Of a stretch of DNA of 63,010 nucleotides, positions 18,382 to 29,209 are shown piece by piece. This stretch comes from Candidatus Altimarinota bacterium (GTDB taxonomy: Bacteria > Patescibacteriota > Gracilibacteria > JBDHUY01): contig JBDHUY010000013.1 of assembly GCA_039809385.1 (NCBI GenBank), positions 1 through 63,010 on the forward strand, read 5' to 3'. Position numbers and translations under genes: made by a program. The notes under the pieces were generated by a model. The model saw nothing but the letters and a program-made list of their open reading frames with translations. It had not been told where the DNA came from and ran no database searches. Within the stretch, counting starts at the first letter, position 1. Every line of letters starts with the position of its first letter.

Positions 18382-19465
18382 TTACGGTTTCTGGGCATGC
18401 GAGGCAAGAGCAGACTGAATAAAAGGTTCGACATTGCCGTCGAGCACGCGATCGACATTCGTTTCTTCATACCCGGTACGATGATCTTTCACAAGTTTAT
18501 ACGGCTGAAGCGTAAACGTGCGGATCTGGGAACCGAATTCGGCTTTTTTGAGCTCACCACGAACATTTTTGAGCTCGGAAGCCATACGTTCTTCTGCGGC
18601 TTGCGACAGTTTAGAACGTAAAATCATCAGCGCGCGTTGCTTATTTTGCAGCTGCGAGCGTTCAGTCTGACATTGCACTACGATACCGCTTGGGATATGG
18701 GTGATCCGGACGGCAGAATCGGTCTTGTTTACTTTCTGACCTCCTGCGCCCGACGAACGATAGGTATCGATTTTTAAATCTTCTTCCCGGATCGCGATAC
18801 TGGAATCTTCAAAGATAGGCGTTACGATAACACTGGCAAAGGATGTCTGACGCGAATCCGTCGCTTTAAACGGAGATAGCCGAATCAGACGATGCACCCC
18901 CTGTTCTTCTTTGAGTTGTCCGTATACATATTCGCCTTCTACTTGAAGGACGATGCTCTTGATCCCCACATCGCTCTCGGTCTGGTCGATAATCGCGCAC
19001 GTCCATTCCTTTCGTTCAAAAAAGCGCATATACATTCTGGTCAGCATCGATACAAAGTCTTCGGCATCATCGCCGCCGTTTCCGACATGTATTTCGAAAA
19101 TAGCGTTGAAGCTATCGTGTACCCCGCTCAAATACAGCCAAAACTCCAGCTGGGAAAGCGTTTTTTCAACACTCACAATCTGGTCAAGCAGGTCTTCCTG
19201 CAAGACTTCGAGTTCAGCAGGTTCCATGGACAAAGCATTCTCAAGACCAATCATACCCTGCTCCAGCGTATGCCATTCTTCCAGGCGATCGTTTACAAAT
19301 TTGAGACGCTTTAGTTTGTCGCGGCTGGCATCGCTATAAGACATGCTCTGAACTTCAACAGAAAGAGCATCGGCTTCTTTTTGTAATCCGGAGACGTCAA
19401 AGATGGTCCTTTCTCTGTTGGAACCGCTTGGCCAAGTCGCTTATGCGGGCTAAAAGATCGAGCAT
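18382..19465 (-). CDS. prfB: Peptide chain release factor 2 with programmed +1 frameshift
   Basis: SPF and GGQ motifs. ORF0 from ATG 19465 (MLDLLARISDLAKRFQQRKDHL*) ends in CTT-TGA-C, and the +1 frame (DVSGLQKEA...) joins the 18382-19344 ORF. Confidence 0.95.
19396..19413 (-). promoter_or_regulatory. prfB +1 frameshift cassette (AAAGGACCAT-CTTTGAC)
   Basis: Canonical CTTTGAC slippery/stop site with an SD-like AAGGA just upstream. Confidence 0.9.
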
Positions 19466-19666
19466 ACGAAAGATTGTAATACATGTGAATATGAGTATAC
19501 CGGCTCGGGGGAGAATATCCAAGGGAACTGCTAGAAAACCACAAATGCCGAATGTTCAATATCAAAGTTCAAAAGAAATTCATAGAAATTTATTGCATCG
19601 GCACTATTCGATATTTGGATTTGGATATTTGTCATTATTTTGGTATTTGAACTTTGTCATTTGGAT

Positions 19667-20767
19667 TTAAGCTCTTCCGTGTTGTTCAATTATATCCTTG
19701 ATTTTTTCAATAAATACCACTTGATCGAATCGTTCGGCGTGCGCACGAATGTCGGCGGCATCATAGCTTTTCTCATGCAAGAAAAAACGCACCAGCCCGG
19801 CTTCCAAACTTTCGGGGTTTTGATCTTTAAACAGTTCTCCAGTGACTCCCGGAAAAACAGTCTCCAATGCTCCTCCTCTGGCAAGCGCTATAACCGGTTT
19901 GCCGCAACTCATTGCCTCGACCGGCGCAATACCGAAATCATCATCGCTCAGGAATAAAAATGCCCGGCAGTGCTCCATATATTCTTTAACCATCGCATCC
20001 GACTGGTATCCCAGAAATTCGATATTTTTTTCGCTCATCTGTTCGAGTCGTTCGCGTTCGGGACCATCGCCGATAATCACCAGTTTACGCCCGATTCGGT
20101 TAAACAATTCTATGGCAATATCAAGACGTTTGAACGTCGTAAGCGTCGAAACAACGAGAAAGTAGTTTTCATGATTCTGCTGTACTGTAAAGCGTTCCAC
20201 ATCCACTGGGGGGTATATGAGATGCGAGGGAGACCGAAAGTATTTCCGGATCCGTTTTTGTACATTTCTGGAATTAGCAATCCAGGTATCTACTCGCGAA
20301 ACAGCAGCCCGGTCCCACATTCTCAAATTGTGCAAATAGCGGGTAATAATCATGCCGGTCAGTCCGTTGAGACGAGCTTCTTTCTTGTACGGATGATAAT
20401 AGTCCCAGATATAGCGCGCCGGACTGTGACAGTAACAGATATGTTTCTGATGGGTCGTGGGAACGATACCATGAATAAGCGCGGTATTGCTCGAAAGGAT
20501 GAGATCGTAGCCAGTCATGTCCAAACGCTCGACGCCAAAGTCCATCAACGGCAGCAGGAAACGCTGACGACGACCGCTGAGCGAGTATATTTTTTGGAGC
20601 GGCAAGCCACGTATTCGTTCTTTTGGAAAAGTGGTACCAACCGCTTTCTCGTCATAAAAAAGCGTAAAGATCGGAGCTTCGGGATAGAGATCCGCAAAGA
20701 CTTTGAGCACACGCTCGGCACCGCCAAGTTTTACCAGAAAATCATGGGCCAGAGCAACCTTCATCAA
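19667..20767 (-). CDS. GT4-family glycosyltransferase
   Basis: VALAHDFLVKLGGAERV, YCHSPARY, DDFGIAPVEAMSCGKPVIA. Confidence 0.92.
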   Translation of the reverse strand: MMKVALAHDFLVKLGGAERVLKVFADLYPEAPIFTLFYDEKAVGTTFPKERIRGLPLQKIYSLSGRRQRFLLPLMDFGVERLDMTGYDLILSSNTALIHGIVPTTHQKHICYCHSPARYIWDYYHPYKKEARLNGLTGMIITRYLHNLRMWDRAAVSRVDTWIANSRNVQKRIRKYFRSPSHLIYPPVDVERFTVQQNHENYFLVVSTLTTFKRLDIAIELFNRIGRKLVIIGDGPERERLEQMSEKNIEFLGYQSDAMVKEYMEHCRAFLFLSDDDFGIAPVEAMSCGKPVIALARGGALETVFPGVTGELFKDQNPESLEAGLVRFFLHEKSYDAADIRAHAERFDQVVFIEKIKDIIEQHGRA

Positions 20768-21086
20768 TGAGGATTTAGATAAAAAAATAGAGAGAGGAAC
20801 AAATCACGAAGAACGGGAAGACAGAATCTAGTGTTACGACAACATAATTCTACAACCTGCCATAACGATGGCAAAAGCACTAAATATTACTATCGAAATC
20901 CGAAATAAATTCGAAGTACCAATACTCAAATTACAAACCTTACTCACACTTTAATATTTCTGATTTCGTATTTGTGATTTGTTTCGAAGTTAACATTTAG
21001 CATTTCGGATTTTAGGCATACGTTGACGAATTAAATTGTACTGATACTAGTATTAGGTATTTTATCTGGTATCTGGCATTTTTTAT

Positions 21087-21208
21087 CTGACTGCTGACTG
21101 TACTTGTCCTGAACCCCCTTTGTCCCCCTTATCAGGGGGAACAGAAGCACAGATCACTGACCGCCCCGAAGGGCCCCCCTTGGGGCTGATTGCTGATCGC
21201 TGACCGCC
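21087..21208. repeat. Composite intergenic palindromic repeat (CCCCCTTATCAGGGGG + CTGACCGCTGA units)
   Basis: Homologous in reverse complement to 38368-38463 inside xfp. Confidence 0.7.
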
Positions 21209-21382
21209 ATCAGTTCATCATTAGGAGGTATCGCTCAATGTTTTTTTAATTCTCACCAGAGCCCCGATTTCTGTTTCATTAAAACCGGTTTAGTGTCCAT
21301 ATGCAAGAGGAAAACGATTGTTAAAATAGCAAAACCATGCTATACTAAAGAGATAGATAAAAATACAAATTTCGGCCATCCG

Positions 21383-24300
21383 ATGAGACAAAACCATCCA
21401 CATACGTTTCTCTTTCAAATTCTCTTTCTTGTGCTTACGGCAGGGTTGCTCGGGCTATTTATGATTTATTCTTCCAAACCGGCACATTGGGGCGGAAATA
21501 TAGCGGGCAGTTCTTTTGGCAATCGCTATCTTTCCGGGGCAGAAAAAAAGGATTTTCTCAAACGTCTGTCTGACCCAAGTACGCTTGCAACCAGACTGAT
21601 CGATGAGTCGAATATACGAATGTTACGCGATACAGTTTTAATAAATCCCGATACGATCATCGGCGTTAACGAGCGCGACCAGCTCTCTTCGATTCTGACC
21701 CCACCGATCGAGATCGATCCCGAAAATCAAATCATCACGGATCCTATTATAGCGCAACGCGAACAGGCTGAAACGCTCAGCCGCGAGATCTATCTTCAAA
21801 ATTACGATCAATTCGGCATTGAACCAAACGTGGCCGACAATCTTTACTTTACAAGTTCGACGTATAAGGATACCTACTTTTCAGTCGCCCAACAGACCTT
21901 TATGCGACTGCCCGTAACCGGCGGATATGCGACAACCTCGGTAACCAATACCAAAGCACTGATCGGAGTAAGTGCGAATCTATACAATATTCCGTCGGAT
22001 ACTTCGATCATTCCTGCGATCAGCCGGGAACAAGCTTTTTCATGGGTTATCTCACATGAACATTTGAACGCCGGACAGATTCAATTACAACCTGGCGCAG
22101 AACTGGTCATTTTACCATACAAGCACCCGCAAACCAATGACCTACGCTATGTTTTAACGTGGAAAATGGAATTGAACCGTACTGACATCCTGGAAAATTA
22201 TATGGTCTGGATCGATGCGGGAGATATACATGGAGTGGTATGCGTTGATAAAGAAGGTCAGTCGACCCGGGAATGCGCGCGACGTAACTTGGTGGCCGAA
22301 GGAAAAGTCGAAGGAAGTATCGATCGACAACAACCGCAAACGGTCGGATTTCCGTTTTTGGCAATTCCGGGAAACGGTAAAAGCGATGCGACAGGCAATT
22401 TCCCCGGGACGGCCAATGTATCGAATCTGGTACTGAGCGGCGATGCCGTAAACGTATTCAGAAGACAAGTCGGAGGTGCGCGCGGCAACTACACCGGGCC
22501 GGGATCGGTGATCAATCTGGATAATGCCATGGACCTGGACGAACGAACCGCCTACGCCTCAATCGCGCTGGTACGGGATTACTGGGAAAGACAACAAGGT
22601 CTCAATTTCGGGAACGCCGGCGCAGTCTTTGCAATTGTCCAGTCGGCCGAAGTAAATAACGATCCGCAGGTCAACGGATGCAACGCATTTTATCGTTTCG
22701 GACAAAATACGATCCAATTCGGATCTACCTGTGCCAGCGGACAATTGGGGGGAAACAATCTGGGCGAATTCAGAAGTATCGCTTCCCATGAATATGGTCA
22801 CGCTATAACAGAGTACGTACCTAATTATAACTGGATTCCCAGCGGCACCGGCACAGCATTCGAGATCGCTGCCAACGAAGGATTTGCTGATTATATTGCA
22901 TGTACGGTTACGGGAAATTCGGTTATCCCGCTAGTGGGTCGAAATTGTAGCAACACGTATACACTGCAAAATATTACGACCCGCTGTCCTCAGGAATCCT
23001 ACGGTCCCGAAGTTCATTGTGCCGGGATGGTACTTTCCGGCAGTCTGTGGGATGCGAGACAAAAATTGGGAGCCGAAACGCTTGATCGCATCATCGCCGA
23101 AGCTCAAAACCGCGGAGGCACACTAGAGAGCTACAGCGCCTTTTTAAGCGATCTTTTAAAAGCGGACGATACCGATAACAATATCAACAACGGTACACCG
23201 CATTGCGGCAGTATCACGAGTGCTTTTGGCGCACACGGAATTACGTTCCCGGGACTTTCATGTGTCGATAGCGGAGGCAATCCCGGCAATGCCAACCAGA
23301 ATCAAAGTCCCTTGCCCAAATCGATCGAGTTCGGAGCTGTCCCTACCAGCGGTACTGCTCCCCTCAACGTCACCCTCTCGATAACCCTGAAAAACTTCAA
23401 CATATGCCCGACACCTTTTACCGTCGAGTTTGGAGACGGTAAAAACGGCCTGCTGGGCCAAGATTGCGCCGGAGGAAATCCGGTAGTAGCGCAACAGACA
23501 TTCGAGGCAAGGCATACGTATGATCAGAGCGGAACGTTTCAGGCCAAAGCAAAAGTCGAAACATTCGAAAGCTCGAGTATTCCCATTGTAGTAAGCAGGA
23601 ACAACGCTAATGAAAACAGCAACGAGAATCAAAACGGCAATATCAATACCAACTCGCCACTTAATGGTAATCTAAATAGTACGAACGGGAATGCCAACAA
23701 TGTGAACCAAAACAACAGTACAAATTCTAGTCCAAACGTGAATCTAAATGGCCCAGCAGGCAATGTCAACAATAATGCCACTAGTCAAAATAACAATATC
23801 AATAGTGCTAATGCTGCAACATTGAGCGGTACGGTACGCTGCAACAACAATCCGGCTGCCAACGTGCAGGTACGCATTGTCAAAAACGACCGGAACTACG
23901 GACCCGTCAGTACCGGCAGCGACGGCAACTACGTCGTCACGAATATCGAAACCGGCAGCGGGTATACGGTCATGGTGAGCAATGTTCAATCCCCCTGTCA
24001 GAACGATCCTGCGGTCACAACTGCCCTAACGATCAACAGCGGCAATACCACGTTTAACATCGATCTCAAATCGTGTACCAACGACGAACAGTGTCGTCCA
24101 GCAGGAAATGGTCCTTTTTGCAGCGGCACCAGTGAAACGGTATCGTGGCAGTGTAATCAGGGACAATGTGTGTACCAGACCAACGCTAACTCGACCAACT
24201 GTACCGACTCGGTCTGTCAGAACATGCAATGCGTCTCGCGTCCGGGCAACGGGAACCGTCAGTGTCAGAGCGATCAGAATTGTACCGATAAAGTATGCGA

Positions 24301-25522
24301 TGCGACCACTAAGAGTTGTAAAAGCGTCCCAGGCAGCGGACGAGTCGAATGCGCGGCAGACACAGACTGTCAAAATCAGATTCGCAACCTGTATATTTTT
24401 ACGAATCCGTTCAACGGTCTGATGATCGGGTATACGGTAGAAAATAATATCGTCAATCTCACGGCCCAAGGATCCGAAAATCCCAGTGCCTACACCTGGT
24501 CGCTCCGCGGAAATGCCGGAGGAGAACTGAGCAGCAATACCGGTACTACCAACGCTTACCGTGCCGGAACGATTGAAGGCGAAGACGTAGTAACACTCAG
24601 CGACGGACAACATAGCGCGTATGCGCGGATCAAAATTTCTCTACAAAACGATCAACCGTCTTTTGAAATTACCACGACCAATCTGGTACAAAATCAGGGA
24701 GCTTTTCCGTTAAACGTAACTCTCGGTAGCGAGATAAATCAAAGCATTGCATTCAAAGCGTTGGCCGAAGTGGAAGATCAGGTGACTTCGCAGATACGCT
24801 TCAACGATGTTACCGCTTCGGTGAACTGGAAAAGCAGCGACAGCGACATCGGTAGTATCGACGACACCGGATTATTTATGGGAAAGACGAGCGGAACTAC
24901 CCGTATCAGCGCCACCTATCAGGCTCAAACAGCCAATACGGTAACACTGGAAGTTCTACCGTCTTTCTTGGAAGTAAATCCGGACAGTTACATGGCACGG
25001 TTCAATCCCAATCCGGTGGCACGCGGATACAGTACGCGCTTTTGGGTTTTCGTGGACAACGGTCAAACAAATGCGAATCGATCCCCTACTGTTTCAGTCG
25101 ATCTGTCGGCATTGAACATTACTCCCGAATGTGCGCAAAGCAATTCGAACATAAGCGAATGCGACAGTATATGGCATTTAATCCCGGCTGAATCCGAGGG
25201 AACGGGGCGCTGGTACTATAACCAATTTCGTATACCATTCACCGTTGTTCCCGACACGTACCCAATTCGCGTACAGGCAAGTATGGACGACGGATCGATC
25301 GACCGTACGGTGACGATACCGCTGCGTGTGGCAGACGAAGTGGTCGAAGGAGATATCAACGGTGACGGTAGTACCGGAATAGCTGACGTAATTTTCGCTC
25401 TGAGAATTTTAGCCGGTTCGTTATCGCCCAACAGCGGGCAAGTAAATTTCAGCGCCGATATTAACGGCGATGGTTTCGGGTTTCCCGAAGTAATTTCGCT
25501 TCTCTCAAAACTCACGCAATAA
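21383..25522 (+). CDS. Large surface zinc metalloprotease (M4/M36-like) with PepSY-like, PKD, Asn-rich, Cys-rich, Ig-like and C-terminal dockerin-like domains
   Basis: N-terminal TM; GCNAFY, SHEYGHA..NEGFAD, EVH (thermolysin-like); GTAPLNVT..FGDG..HTY (PKD); WKSSDSDIGSID (Big_2); GDINGDG..ADINGDG (dockerin). Start ATG 21383 is inferred. Confidence 0.85.
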   Translation: MRQNHPHTFLFQILFLVLTAGLLGLFMIYSSKPAHWGGNIAGSSFGNRYLSGAEKKDFLKRLSDPSTLATRLIDESNIRMLRDTVLINPDTIIGVNERDQLSSILTPPIEIDPENQIITDPIIAQREQAETLSREIYLQNYDQFGIEPNVADNLYFTSSTYKDTYFSVAQQTFMRLPVTGGYATTSVTNTKALIGVSANLYNIPSDTSIIPAISREQAFSWVISHEHLNAGQIQLQPGAELVILPYKHPQTNDLRYVLTWKMELNRTDILENYMVWIDAGDIHGVVCVDKEGQSTRECARRNLVAEGKVEGSIDRQQPQTVGFPFLAIPGNGKSDATGNFPGTANVSNLVLSGDAVNVFRRQVGGARGNYTGPGSVINLDNAMDLDERTAYASIALVRDYWERQQGLNFGNAGAVFAIVQSAEVNNDPQVNGCNAFYRFGQNTIQFGSTCASGQLGGNNLGEFRSIASHEYGHAITEYVPNYNWIPSGTGTAFEIAANEGFADYIACTVTGNSVIPLVGRNCSNTYTLQNITTRCPQESYGPEVHCAGMVLSGSLWDARQKLGAETLDRIIAEAQNRGGTLESYSAFLSDLLKADDTDNNINNGTPHCGSITSAFGAHGITFPGLSCVDSGGNPGNANQNQSPLPKSIEFGAVPTSGTAPLNVTLSITLKNFNICPTPFTVEFGDGKNGLLGQDCAGGNPVVAQQTFEARHTYDQSGTFQAKAKVETFESSSIPIVVSRNNANENSNENQNGNINTNSPLNGNLNSTNGNANNVNQNNSTNSSPNVNLNGPAGNVNNNATSQNNNINSANAATLSGTVRCNNNPAANVQVRIVKNDRNYGPVSTGSDGNYVVTNIETGSGYTVMVSNVQSPCQNDPAVTTALTINSGNTTFNIDLKSCTNDEQCRPAGNGPFCSGTSETVSWQCNQGQCVYQTNANSTNCTDSVCQNMQCVSRPGNGNRQCQSDQNCTDKVCDATTKSCKSVPGSGRVECAADTDCQNQIRNLYIFTNPFNGLMIGYTVENNIVNLTAQGSENPSAYTWSLRGNAGGELSSNTGTTNAYRAGTIEGEDVVTLSDGQHSAYARIKISLQNDQPSFEITTTNLVQNQGAFPLNVTLGSEINQSIAFKALAEVEDQVTSQIRFNDVTASVNWKSSDSDIGSIDDTGLFMGKTSGTTRISATYQAQTANTVTLEVLPSFLEVNPDSYMARFNPNPVARGYSTRFWVFVDNGQTNANRSPTVSVDLSALNITPECAQSNSNISECDSIWHLIPAESEGTGRWYYNQFRIPFTVVPDTYPIRVQASMDDGSIDRTVTIPLRVADEVVEGDINGDGSTGIADVIFALRILAGSLSPNSGQVNFSADINGDGFGFPEVISLLSKLTQ

Positions 25523-25776
25523 GACGTAAAGAGTAAAAACAGTATTTAGGAAGAATACGCTTTGAATCGTCATACCCACAATGACGGCAACCATTTTCTT
25601 ATGAATATTTTACAATCACGCGTTTAAACTGACAGGAAAACAAAAAGAGTACTCATTGAAAAAAATAAAGAAAGAAACGTTATCTTTTTGTGAAAAATAA
25701 GAGCAAAAATCTTGACAAGGATTTTTATAATACTATGCTTACTCAAGCTTTTTTATTTTTTTATTATACGTGTTGT

Positions 25777-26007
25777 ATGGCCATGAAAGCCAAAAAGCCC
25801 GCCATGAAAAAGATGGTCCTCAAAAAACCAGCTGCTAAAAAAACCATGGCAATGAAGAAACCTGCTGCTAAAAAAGTAGTAGCGAAAAAAGTAGCCGTTA
25901 AAAAACCGGCTGCAAAAAAGACGGTTGCCATGAAAAAACCGGCCGCCAAAAAGATGCCTGCAAAAAAAATGGTTGCCACGAAGAAACCCGCAAAGAAATC
26001 TCGATAG
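25777..26007 (+). CDS. Histone H1-like Lys/Ala/Pro-rich nucleoid protein
   Basis: Repeated KKPAAKK; TTGACA promoter at 25712 and terminator at 26040. Confidence 0.8.
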   Translation: MAMKAKKPAMKKMVLKKPAAKKTMAMKKPAAKKVVAKKVAVKKPAAKKTVAMKKPAAKKMPAKKMVATKKPAKKSR

Positions 26008-26039
26008 TTTGTACACCGAGATTTTTTTGTGTCGAAAAG

Positions 26040-26063
26040 ATCCCGCCCCGGCGGGATTTTTTT
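26040..26063 (+). terminator. Intrinsic terminator
   Basis: ATCCCGCC-CC-GGCGGGAT followed by a T-run. Confidence 0.85.
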
Positions 26064-26806
26064 GTATAGAGCAATTTTATAGGCCGATATCCACATCATA
26101 AAACATATTAAATTCGAAACTACGAACTGCACTACCGGAAAAGAAACAGCTCCTGCATTATTGCGAGGAAGCAGAGTCATATCTAACGGTCATACGTAAT
26201 GACGACAAAGGCTAAAGAGCTTTTGTACCCCCAGGAACTGTAGACATATTTTACAAAGGATACAATTTGCCCCGAATCAATGAGGAGGTATCCATAGCGT
26301 TTTTTGAAACTCGCTCATACCTGCTATCTTGAACACTGTATAAACGTCATGGATCAAATCAGGAGATCTAATACTGCCAAAGGTCTTCCCCTCTGAACTT
26401 CCTCACAATAAGTGAGATAAAAAGTTATATCAACGACATGCATTGCGTAATTTGAAGTACATAGATGCATATACATATATATATTTATCTATGTTAAGAA
26501 ACAGATCCAAAACAGAAAGAATCTCCTGACTTCCAGATTCACTATAAAAACGATGCACATGCACACTGTTCTGCACGGTATTCCCGAATGCTGCTTCGCG
26601 CGCAAATTGATATAACTATTCAAATATTAGAAAGCTTGAACTAATTTTGCTATAGGAAATTAGCATGAATCCTACGCCTGATCGAAAGCAAAGGAATAGG
26701 GCACGGAGAAAGTCAATCAAAAAAAGAGCTGCACGGCATGCAAAAAAAGTCGGAGCACATGTTGTGGAATCCAACCGGGAAAAGCGGAAAATGTAGAATT
26801 GTTTTT

Positions 26807-27187
26807 TTATAGAGAACGCCCGGCACTGCCGCCTCCTGCGGTAAACGCGTCGATGATCGTACGAATCTCGGAAAAGATACGATTGAAATCGATGATCTCT
26901 CCCAGAAAATTATATCCGAAGATCCGGCCCAGAACTGATATAATGGTAGTAGCCAGTAGTGTAACGACAAGACCGATAATAGCGTACCGAATCGTACGAA
27001 CAGCTGTTTTCACTTTATCCTCTTTTCCTCCCGACAGTATAAACGTCAAACCTCCGTAAAAAATGAACATGACCGAGAGCAGAAAAGCCAGGATAATCGC
27101 CCAAGCAAGTCCCCGATTAATCAAAAAGATGGGGTCCGGATTGCGTACGATATTGATACCGGGATCATCCAGGATCGGTGAAGCCAT
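26807..27187 (-). CDS. CPR-type pilin (TrbC/VirB2-like)
   Basis: FIFYGGLTFILSGGKEDKVKTAVRTIRYAIIGLVV pattern. Confidence 0.75.
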   Translation of the reverse strand: MASPILDDPGINIVRNPDPIFLINRGLAWAIILAFLLSVMFIFYGGLTFILSGGKEDKVKTAVRTIRYAIIGLVVTLLATTIISVLGRIFGYNFLGEIIDFNRIFSEIRTIIDAFTAGGGSAGRSL

Positions 27188-27201
27188 AAGAAAAAAGAGA
27201 T

Positions 27202-27459
27202 TTAATCGGTAGGTTCCAAAATCTTCATATTGACGCGCTGGTTCATTTTCGACCCTACCACACGCAAAAGAATACGTAAAGATTTGGCAGTTTGACCGCC
27301 TTTGCCAATGATTTTTCCCATGTCGTCTTTAGATACTTTCAGGGTGACGAGTATCCCCAGAGAATCGACCGTTTCATCGACCTCGACCAGTTCTGGCTGT
27401 GCAACCAGCAATTTTACCACATATTCGACGAAATCTTTGGCACGAGAACTGTTTTCCAT
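27202..27459 (-). CDS. khpA: KH-domain RNA-binding protein (YlqC/KhpA)
   Basis: DMGKIIGKGGQTAKSLR; downstream of rpsP. Confidence 0.92.
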   Translation of the reverse strand: MENSSRAKDFVEYVVKLLVAQPELVEVDETVDSLGILVTLKVSKDDMGKIIGKGGQTAKSLRILLRVVGSKMNQRVNMKILEPTD

Positions 27460-27617
27460 GGAGCAACAGAGATAACTTCTAAAAAAGAAACAGAACGATT
27501 CACAAACCGGAAAGTAACCTATAGTATTTTTTCGGACAGCGGATTTCTATCGATCCATGGTGCGGTTACGCAATATCTTTTTCTACATAACCGTACTTTC
27601 CATATGTTTGCGAGAAA

Positions 27618-27908
27618 CTACTTGTCTTCGGATTTTTTAGCCTTAGGCTTTTTCTGAACAATAAAACCTTCCAGTCCTTTTACACCGTTTCTTTGCAGAA
27701 GACGGGCCAGAGAAGAAGAAGGTTTGGCACCTTTTTTAACATATTCGTGAATTTTCTCTTCCTGAAAAACACATTTTTTTTCGATCGGATGATAATACCC
27801 GATGACATCCAGGTTCCCGGCTTGAGGGTGCTGTTTCTTCTCTTGGACGACCATACGGAATTGCGGATGATTTTTTTTACCCACTCGGGCAAGGCGCAAA
27901 GTTAACAC
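27618..27908 (-). CDS. rpsP: 30S ribosomal protein S16
   Basis: MLTLRLARVGKKNHPQFRMVV...IGYYHP...GAKPS. Confidence 0.95.
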   Translation of the reverse strand: MLTLRLARVGKKNHPQFRMVVQEKKQHPQAGNLDVIGYYHPIEKKCVFQEEKIHEYVKKGAKPSSSLARLLQRNGVKGLEGFIVQKKPKAKKSEDK

Positions 27909-27985
27909 AGATTTTCGTTTTAAAGGAATAAAATGCTTCTTCAGTGTACTGGTACTGCTGGAATTGTCAATTTAAAAATAGCGGC

Positions 27986-28189
27986 TTAAACTACCGAATC
28001 ATCGCACCATGATCGGCACATATCGATGCCGCTGACCAGTGAGCTCGTCTCGGTTTCGAAAGACAGGTAACTCGACAAAAATAACAGCGCAAGAAAAACA
28101 AGGAAGACCATTACCATGTATACAAACCGCTCTGCCCAGCAGCCCTGTAAGAAATGAAGCCAGAAAGGGGTGTGATTATTTCTTGTCAT
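27986..28189 (-). CDS. Possible small single-TM protein
   Basis: ATG overlaps the end of rplY; one hydrophobic helix. Confidence 0.35.
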   Translation of the reverse strand: MTRNNHTPFWLHFLQGCWAERFVYMVMVFLVFLALLFLSSYLSFETETSSLVSGIDMCRSWCDDSVV

Positions 28190-28853
28190 TCTTGTCATCT
28201 TCGTTCTTCGCAGCCGCAGCGTTTTTTTCAGCTTCCTGCTTGAGACGTTCCGCTTCCGGCAATACATCAGCAGGGCCGGTACTTTCTTCCTCGGTACGGG
28301 GAGGCACGACATTTACGACTACAGTTTCAGCATCTGTTAGTAATTCAACCGCCGCGGGAACACGCATATCTTTAACTCTGACCGGTTCGTTAAACGCAGA
28401 GATCGCCGAAACGTCAACTTCGATTTTTTCCAGCAAATCTTTCGGCAAACACCATACTTCGACCTCATCGAGCTCATGCAGTAAAGAACCTCCGAAATCT
28501 TTCACCAGACTGCATTCTCCGACCAGTTCGACCGGAATAGTGGCTTTAATCTTTTCGTCTTTGTTGATCTTGATAAAATCCACATGCGCAACGCGATCCC
28601 GCACCGGATCGAGATCGACCTGGTGAATCAGAACGTCATATTTGTCTGAGCCGACTTCGAGGGAAACAACCGTATTGGAACCGGCCTCTTTATACGCTTT
28701 TGAAAAATCTCCATATACCAGCGCTACCGCCTGGTTGTCAATGCCGTGACCGTATACAATCGCCGGAATATGACCGGTTTTGCGTAAGTGAGCGGCTTTT
28801 TGTGCGAGCGCATCGCGTTTATCGGCTTTGATAACAATATTTTTCGAAGTCAT
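28176..28853 (-). CDS. rplY: 50S ribosomal protein L25 (CTC/TL5 long form)
   Basis: LRKTGHIPAIVYG, HVDF, C-terminal CTC domain. Confidence 0.95.
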   Translation of the reverse strand: MTSKNIVIKADKRDALAQKAAHLRKTGHIPAIVYGHGIDNQAVALVYGDFSKAYKEAGSNTVVSLEVGSDKYDVLIHQVDLDPVRDRVAHVDFIKINKDEKIKATIPVELVGECSLVKDFGGSLLHELDEVEVWCLPKDLLEKIEVDVSAISAFNEPVRVKDMRVPAAVELLTDAETVVVNVVPPRTEEESTGPADVLPEAERLKQEAEKNAAAAKNEDDKNDKK

Positions 28854-29054
28854 AACAGACAGTATAGTGAATTAAAGAACTCTTCCCATAAAGAGAGAAG
28901 CAGGACTACTCTAACAAAAATTTCGGTAAATGCAACGGAAACTGATTAACTGATTGTCTGCCACTTTTCATTTTGCCTGTATTGATCCATGACCGTTGAT
29001 TACCGGCTGCTAACCATGCTGAACGCTCATCGTTAACCGTTGACCGGCAGACCA

Positions 29055-29081
29055 AGGGCAGACACATGGGTCTGCCCCTAC
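29055..29081 (-). repeat. GTAG-type REP palindrome
   Basis: Reverse complement GTAGGGGCAGACCCATGTGTCTGCCCT. Confidence 0.7.
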
Positions 29082-29209
29082 GTTCGTCGCGATTTTCCAT
29101 AAATAGCTACCCTTATCAATCAATATTCCCTACAATATCATCATTGATATATTCGCATTTTTCATGTTTCGAAATTCATCATTTATAATCGATAATTCTT
29201 AATTTCCCC

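Noticed and set aside
18382-19465. Recoded genome (UGA=Gly, code 25)
   Set aside because: RF2 is present with its UGA-dependent frameshift, long genes are intact under code 11, and several end in TGA.
23600-23815. AAT/AAC-rich stretch
   Set aside because: It encodes the Asn-rich linker of the protease and is not a DNA-level repeat element.
26070-26700. Long ORF-free intergenic region
   Set aside because: I could not find a convincing structure, repeat or gene remnant by eye; an Rfam scan would be needed.
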